Source of the DNA: an uncultured virus (IMG/VR IMGVR_UViG_2710724122_000003)
Taxonomy: Duplodnaviria > Heunggongvirae > Uroviricota > Caudoviricetes
Virus record (IMG/VR): IMGVR_UViG_2710724122_000003
Coordinates: 52,066 to 72,065 of that record
Length of the DNA: 20,000 bases
Reading direction: 5' to 3' (one strand)
Part shown: positions 16,705 through 20,000 of the stretch, one piece after another
Layout: each line of letters starts with the position of its first letter
Numbering within the stretch: position 1 is the first letter of the stretch
Translations under genes and position numbers: made by a program
Notes under the pieces: model-generated
What the model was told of the DNA's origin: nothing
Seen by the model: only the letters and a program-made list of their open reading frames with translations
Databases searched by the model: none

Positions 16705-16735
16705 GAAGGCACTCGAAAGAGTGCTTTTCTTTTTT
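16705..16735 (+). terminator. Intrinsic terminator
   Basis: GAAGGCACTC-GAAA-GAGTGCTTTTCTTTTTT; near-identical copy at 17545-17576. Confidence 0.8.
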
Positions 16736-16736
16736 C

Positions 16737-16855
16737 TCAATGCCCAGCATTACTTAATGTGGGAAAATAATATTTGGATGGGAGTCCACCAATACATATT
16801 ATTAAAATTAAAGTGGTTCAAGTCGGAGAAAGGCACCTTTAGGTGTCTTTTCTTT
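16737..16855 (+). repeat. Array repeat copy 3
   Basis: TCAATG...GAAAATAATATTTGGATGGGAGTCCACCAATACATATTATTAAAATTAAAGTGGTTCAAGTCGGAGAAAGGCACCTTTAGGTGTCTTTTCTTT. Confidence 0.9.
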
Positions 16856-16936
16856 ATGAATAAGAGGTACAGCAGAAATAATAGATCATAGGACAGAAAT
16901 CTAGTCTAAAACTTCTAAACTATCTTTTTATTTCCT

Positions 16937-17001
16937 TTCGACATAATATGACAATATAAAGATATTTAATTTGTTATTATTAACGTGGCAATCTTACATT
17001 T
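16937..17001 (+). promoter_or_regulatory. Promoter module with tandem Spo0A-box-like motifs
   Basis: TTCGACATAATATGACAA...TGTTATTAT...AATCTTACATTTT, same layout as 16022-16087. Confidence 0.6.
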
Positions 17002-17022
17002 TACATAATTGGAGGAACAAAC

Positions 17023-17541
17023 GTGGGAAAAATATTTAAGTTTGGATGCCTAGGCATTATAGCTTTATTTGTAATCGGAATAATTGCTATGATTGCTGGT
17101 GGCGGAGATTTAACAGAAAAGACTTCAACAGACACTAAAGCGGTATCAAAAGAAGGTGTATCTTCTGATGTAAAAATCGCTGTAGGATCTATGGAAACAG
17201 TAGATTCTGTAGGTAATGAATACTCAAAAGAACAAGCACAAGGTGTCTTTAAGATTTTAGAAGTTACACTTACTAATAATCAAAAAGACGCTATCACCGT
17301 TGATACTAACAGCTTTAAATTGGTAGATAACAAAGGTCGTGAATTCACATCTTCAGTACAAGGTCAAACATCTTTTGACTTAGCTAACGGTGGAAAAACT
17401 GACTTCTTCTTAAAACAATTGAATCCTGGTCTAACACAGACAGGTAAAATTGTATTTGATATACCCAAAGATGCTGCAGGACTTTTCTTAAAAGCTAGTG
17501 GCGGTATGACAGGTGAAGAAATTAAGTTAAAAGTAGAATAG
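17023..17541 (+). CDS. DUF4352-domain membrane-anchored surface protein, paralog of 16109..16702
   Basis: GTG start after GGAGG. Same MGKIFKFGCLG N-terminus, NNQKDAITVD core and EIKLKVE end, with a shorter linker. Confidence 0.85.
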   Translation: MGKIFKFGCLGIIALFVIGIIAMIAGGGDLTEKTSTDTKAVSKEGVSSDVKIAVGSMETVDSVGNEYSKEQAQGVFKILEVTLTNNQKDAITVDTNSFKLVDNKGREFTSSVQGQTSFDLANGGKTDFFLKQLNPGLTQTGKIVFDIPKDAAGLFLKASGGMTGEEIKLKVE

Positions 17542-17575
17542 TTAAAGGCACTCGAAAGAGTGCTTTTCTTTTTTT

Positions 17576-17691
17576 TCAATGGCCAATATTAATTAACATG
17601 GTAAAATAATATTTGGATGGGAGTCCAATACATATTATTAAAATTAAAGTGGTTCAAGTCGGAGGAAGGCACCTTTGGGTGTCTTTTCTTT
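17576..17691 (+). repeat. Array repeat copy 4
   Basis: TCAATG...TTAACATGGTAAAATAATATTTGGATGGGAGTCCAATACATATTATTAAAATTAAAGTGGTTCAAGTCGGAGGAAGGCACCTTTGGGTGTCTTTTCTTT. Confidence 0.9.
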
Positions 17692-17754
17692 ATGGGGAAT
17701 CAGTTTAAAAACTAAAAGTAAAAGAACCTCAATAAATGAGGTTCGAAAAATCTA

Positions 17755-18036
17755 CTATTTTAAATTACCTTCGTAAAAAGCAACTCCATTTTGAACATGT
17801 TTTAAATACCACGTAATCGTTCCGCCACAAACATTTTCATTAAAACTATTAGCATATACTCCATTTGAGTGATAAAGAGTTCTTTTGAATTTACCATTAG
17901 AATACTCATAAGGAATTGAACATGTTGCTTGCTTCGGAGAGCTCACATCTTTTTGCGTATCAGCTGAAGCTGCCCCAATTCCTCCTGTTAATGCAATACC
18001 AGTTGCTAATGCTCCTACTACTAATTTCTTAAACAT
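17755..18036 (-). CDS. Secreted LCI-fold antimicrobial-peptide-like protein
   Basis: Signal peptide MFKKLVVGALATGIALTGGIGAASA. SNGVYANSF...ITWYLK...FYEG resembles B. subtilis LCI (SPNGNFAASF...TKWIFK...GIYE). RBS AAGGGGG. Terminator at 17724-17744. Confidence 0.7.
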   Translation of the reverse strand: MFKKLVVGALATGIALTGGIGAASADTQKDVSSPKQATCSIPYEYSNGKFKRTLYHSNGVYANSFNENVCGGTITWYLKHVQNGVAFYEGNLK

Positions 18037-18434
18037 AATAAATCCCCCTTTAATAGTTTTTATAGATTACAGCTTAACTGCATCACATTTGTAATTATGT
18101 AAATATTTTGAATCTATAGAAATATTTATTTAATTTTTGGTAATATTAGGATTATTTTTTATCAAACGGAAAATAGAGGTGGTTATAAGATTATGTAACA
18201 ATGCATAATAAATCAATCAGATATTATGATATACTCACAAAGAACTGATACAAAATTTCTTTAGATTGGAAAACTAAAGTCTTATCTACCTAAAAGGAAG
18301 GCGCCTAATGGCGTCTTTTTTTTATTTTCAAAAGGACTTGCTCAATTCATGCGTAAAAACATACAGTAAATTGAATCCGTTAAAATACATGAGTGAACCC
18401 TTGTTTTCCCCTCCGATTTAAAGGAGGAACTATT

Positions 18435-18545
18435 ATGGGATTTGGTGGTAGTTGCGGCGGCGGCTGTGGCTTTGCTGGAGGATTTGCTTTATTAGTTGTA
18501 TTGTTTATATTATTAATCATTGTTGGAGCTTCTTGCTTCTGCTAA
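18435..18545 (+). CDS. YjcZ/SscA-family small sporulation protein (not in ORF track)
   Basis: MGFGGSCGGGCGFAGGFALLVVLFILLIIVGASCFC, with the family motif FALLVVLFILLIIVGA. RBS AAGGAGG. sigmaE/sigmaK-type -10 CATACAGTA at 18360-18368. Terminator at about 18556-18588. Confidence 0.9.
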   Translation: MGFGGSCGGGCGFAGGFALLVVLFILLIIVGASCFC

Positions 18546-18892
18546 AAAACTATTGGAAAAGGCACTCTTATATGGGTGTCTTTTCTTTATTTCCAAAAGG
18601 GGTATCGAGGGACTAACCTTTTCTAATTTGAAAGTAAATTTTTGAATATAAATTCAAATAAAAAAGCTTGGGTTCTAATACTTCTTACCCCATAAATAAT
18701 TTAGTTTTCTTCCAATCATTGACTTGAGATTCACTACTAATAGAACTAATTATTTTTTAAATCCTTTTATATTAAATTTGTTATTTCTTAATATTCAGTT
18801 AAATATTTATAAATAAATTAAAATGTTAGAAAATACAAATAATATGTTATTCTTATTTATGTAATATTCATTCCAAAAAAGGGGGATTTTTC

Positions 18893-19183
18893 ATGTTTAA
18901 GAAAGTAATAATTGGAACATTAGCAACTGGAATTATGTTATCTGGTGCTGGAGGAGTATTTGCGGAGACACCTACTGATACAAGTGTAAAATTAAAAATT
19001 GATAATAAAAAAAGTTTTGTTAAAAAACTTGAAAAACAAGACTTTCCTGGTTACAAGTCAAAAAAGGAAATACCCGCTGTAAAAGAGTGGAATGGAGTGA
19101 CTTGGTATTTAAAAGGAGCAACTGAAGTAAGTAAAAATTCATGGACAGGACATTATGAAGGATGGCGAACAAGTAATAATTAA
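18893..19183 (+). CDS. Secreted LCI-fold-like protein
   Basis: Signal peptide MFKKVIIGTLATGIMLSGAGGVFA. NGVTWYLKG...SWTGHYEGWR parallels LCI DGTKWIFK...YWVGIYEVW. RBS AAGGGGG. Confidence 0.65.
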   Translation: MFKKVIIGTLATGIMLSGAGGVFAETPTDTSVKLKIDNKKSFVKKLEKQDFPGYKSKKEIPAVKEWNGVTWYLKGATEVSKNSWTGHYEGWRTSNN

Positions 19184-19212
19184 GAAACTTTAATTAAGTT
19201 TTCAAAGAAAAT

Positions 19213-19267
19213 AAATAAAAAGAAGGCCGAACTAGATTGTTATTCTAGTTCGGTCTTCTTTTTATTT
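19213..19267. terminator. Bidirectional intrinsic terminator
   Basis: AAATAAAAAGAAGGCCGAACTAGA / TCTAGTTCGGTCTTCTTTTTATTT. Confidence 0.85.
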
Positions 19268-19368
19268 TAAATTCATTAATAATTAATTTTTTCATATCAC
19301 TATAAAATACCATTATTAACATCCCTAATATAGTTATAATTAAAGAAATTCCTTCAATGCCATTTTTC

Positions 19369-19419
19369 AAAATTAAGATGGTTCAAGTCACGGGAAGGCA
19401 CCTTAGGGTGTCTTTTTTT
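19369..19419 (+). repeat. Array repeat copy 5 (3' core only, with its own TATAAT at 19335-19340)
   Basis: AAAATTAAGATGGTTCAAGTCACGGGAAGGCACCTTAGGGTGTCTTTTTTT. Confidence 0.85.
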
Positions 19420-19478
19420 CTACCTAAAACTATTTAATTATTATATAATGATAACATTATATTTCAGGAGGAACATAA

Positions 19479-20000
19479 ATGAACAAGAAACTAATCATTG
19501 GCATTATCGCCGTAATAGTTGTTATCATTGCTTCCGTATCTATTTTTAAGGATTCCAAATCAGAAGATATGAAACCTAAGTATTCACAAAAAGATATGGA
19601 TAAAGTTATCGATAAACACTTTAATGAACAACAAGAATTAAAAACACAAATCAAAGAGTTGAAATCTAAAGTAGACTCCTATGAAAAAGAGCAAACTAGG
19701 TCACTTCAAAAAACTACACAGCCGAATCAAGAAACACCTAAACCGCAAGAACAACCAGAACAAGAACAGCCTAAAAGTGATCCGCCAACTACAACTGAGT
19801 ATACTCTTCAACAATTAAAAGAGGCATTCCCAGTTGGCATGGAATTTAATCAATATGTAGAGAAGAAAAAAACGATGAATGTAGATCATCCTTTTAGTAT
19901 TTCTCTAAAAAAAGGCAATGTTGGAAGTGTTATTCAAGCTAAAGATGGATTATTAGTAGTATGTGTTGATGGTAACAAAATATTTGACCTGAAAACATTT
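19479..20000 (+). CDS. Membrane-anchored exported protein, truncated by the window end (not in ORF track)
   Basis: RBS AGGAGG, MNKKLIIGIIAVIVVIIASVSIFK anchor, coiled coil, P/Q/E-rich linker; frame open to 20000. Confidence 0.8.
   Translation, partial: MNKKLIIGIIAVIVVIIASVSIFKDSKSEDMKPKYSQKDMDKVIDKHFNEQQELKTQIKELKSKVDSYEKEQTRSLQKTTQPNQETPKPQEQPEQEQPKSDPPTTTEYTLQQLKEAFPVGMEFNQYVEKKKTMNVDHPFSISLKKGNVGSVIQAKDGLLVVCVDGNKIFDLKTF

Noticed and set aside
14255..16891. ORFs 14255..14485 (-), 15645..15872 (-) and 16703..16891 (+) crossing the repeat
   Set aside because: Their shared peptide (KRHPKVPS / KWFKSE) is simply the translated repeat. No RBS, and starts and frames are not conserved between copies.
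17651..17660. GGTTCAAGTC in the repeat as a tRNA T-loop or tRNA-derived att site
   Set aside because: The flanks cannot form a T-stem, and there is no cloverleaf or CCA end.
18078..18105. TTATGTAAATA as another dif-like site
   Set aside because: The right arm matches site 3 but the left arm (CTGCATCACAT) lacks the ...TAA XerC-arm pattern. TTATGTAAA at 8582 fails likewise and adjoins an RBS.
18599..18690. GGGGTA...TACCCC as a second Tn3-type mini-element
   Set aside because: Only 6 bp of inverted identity and no inner CGCTAAG-like motif.
14348..19419. Array repeat as a CRISPR array
   Set aside because: Copies are 50-115 bp, separated by 0.8-1.8 kb of whole genes, and there are no cas genes.
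2501..19654. Antisense ORFs 2501..2797, 7985..8188, 9315..9536, 9643..9918, 11448..11759, 12652..12921, 13258..13548, 14740..15021, 16102..16440, 17364..17579 and 19457..19654
   Set aside because: Shadow frames opposite better-supported genes, with no recognisable motifs.

Overview
Low-GC Firmicutes DNA, most consistent with the Bacillus cereus group (inferred from a YjcZ-type peptide, LCI-fold proteins, sigmaA-type promoters and a Tn4430-like end). No housekeeping genes, so this is an accessory region (plasmid, island or prophage-like). The left ~14.3 kb is an anti-phage defence island: a Gabija-type OLD nuclease plus UvrD helicase, a Zn-ribbon/HEPN protein, an AbiD/AbiF (Abi_2) HEPN protein followed by a separately promoted ~90-nt candidate RNA antitoxin, a further HEPN-like protein, an AspBHI/Mrr-like modification-dependent nuclease, and a PUA/EVE-like plus HTH-PUA/EVE-HNH pair, interleaved with decayed gene remnants. 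The right ~6 kb is a cassette-like array of small membrane or secreted proteins (two DUF4352, two LCI-fold, YjcZ), punctuated by five copies of a conserved ~50-115 bp sRNA-like element. The most striking structure is a ~1.15 kb transposase-less element bounded by Tn4430-like (Tn3-family) inverted repeats, in which three directly oriented Xer/dif-like sites separate two single-gene cassettes, an integron-like arrangement apparently built on host XerCD-type sites. All family calls come from motif recognition by eye; no database searches were run.
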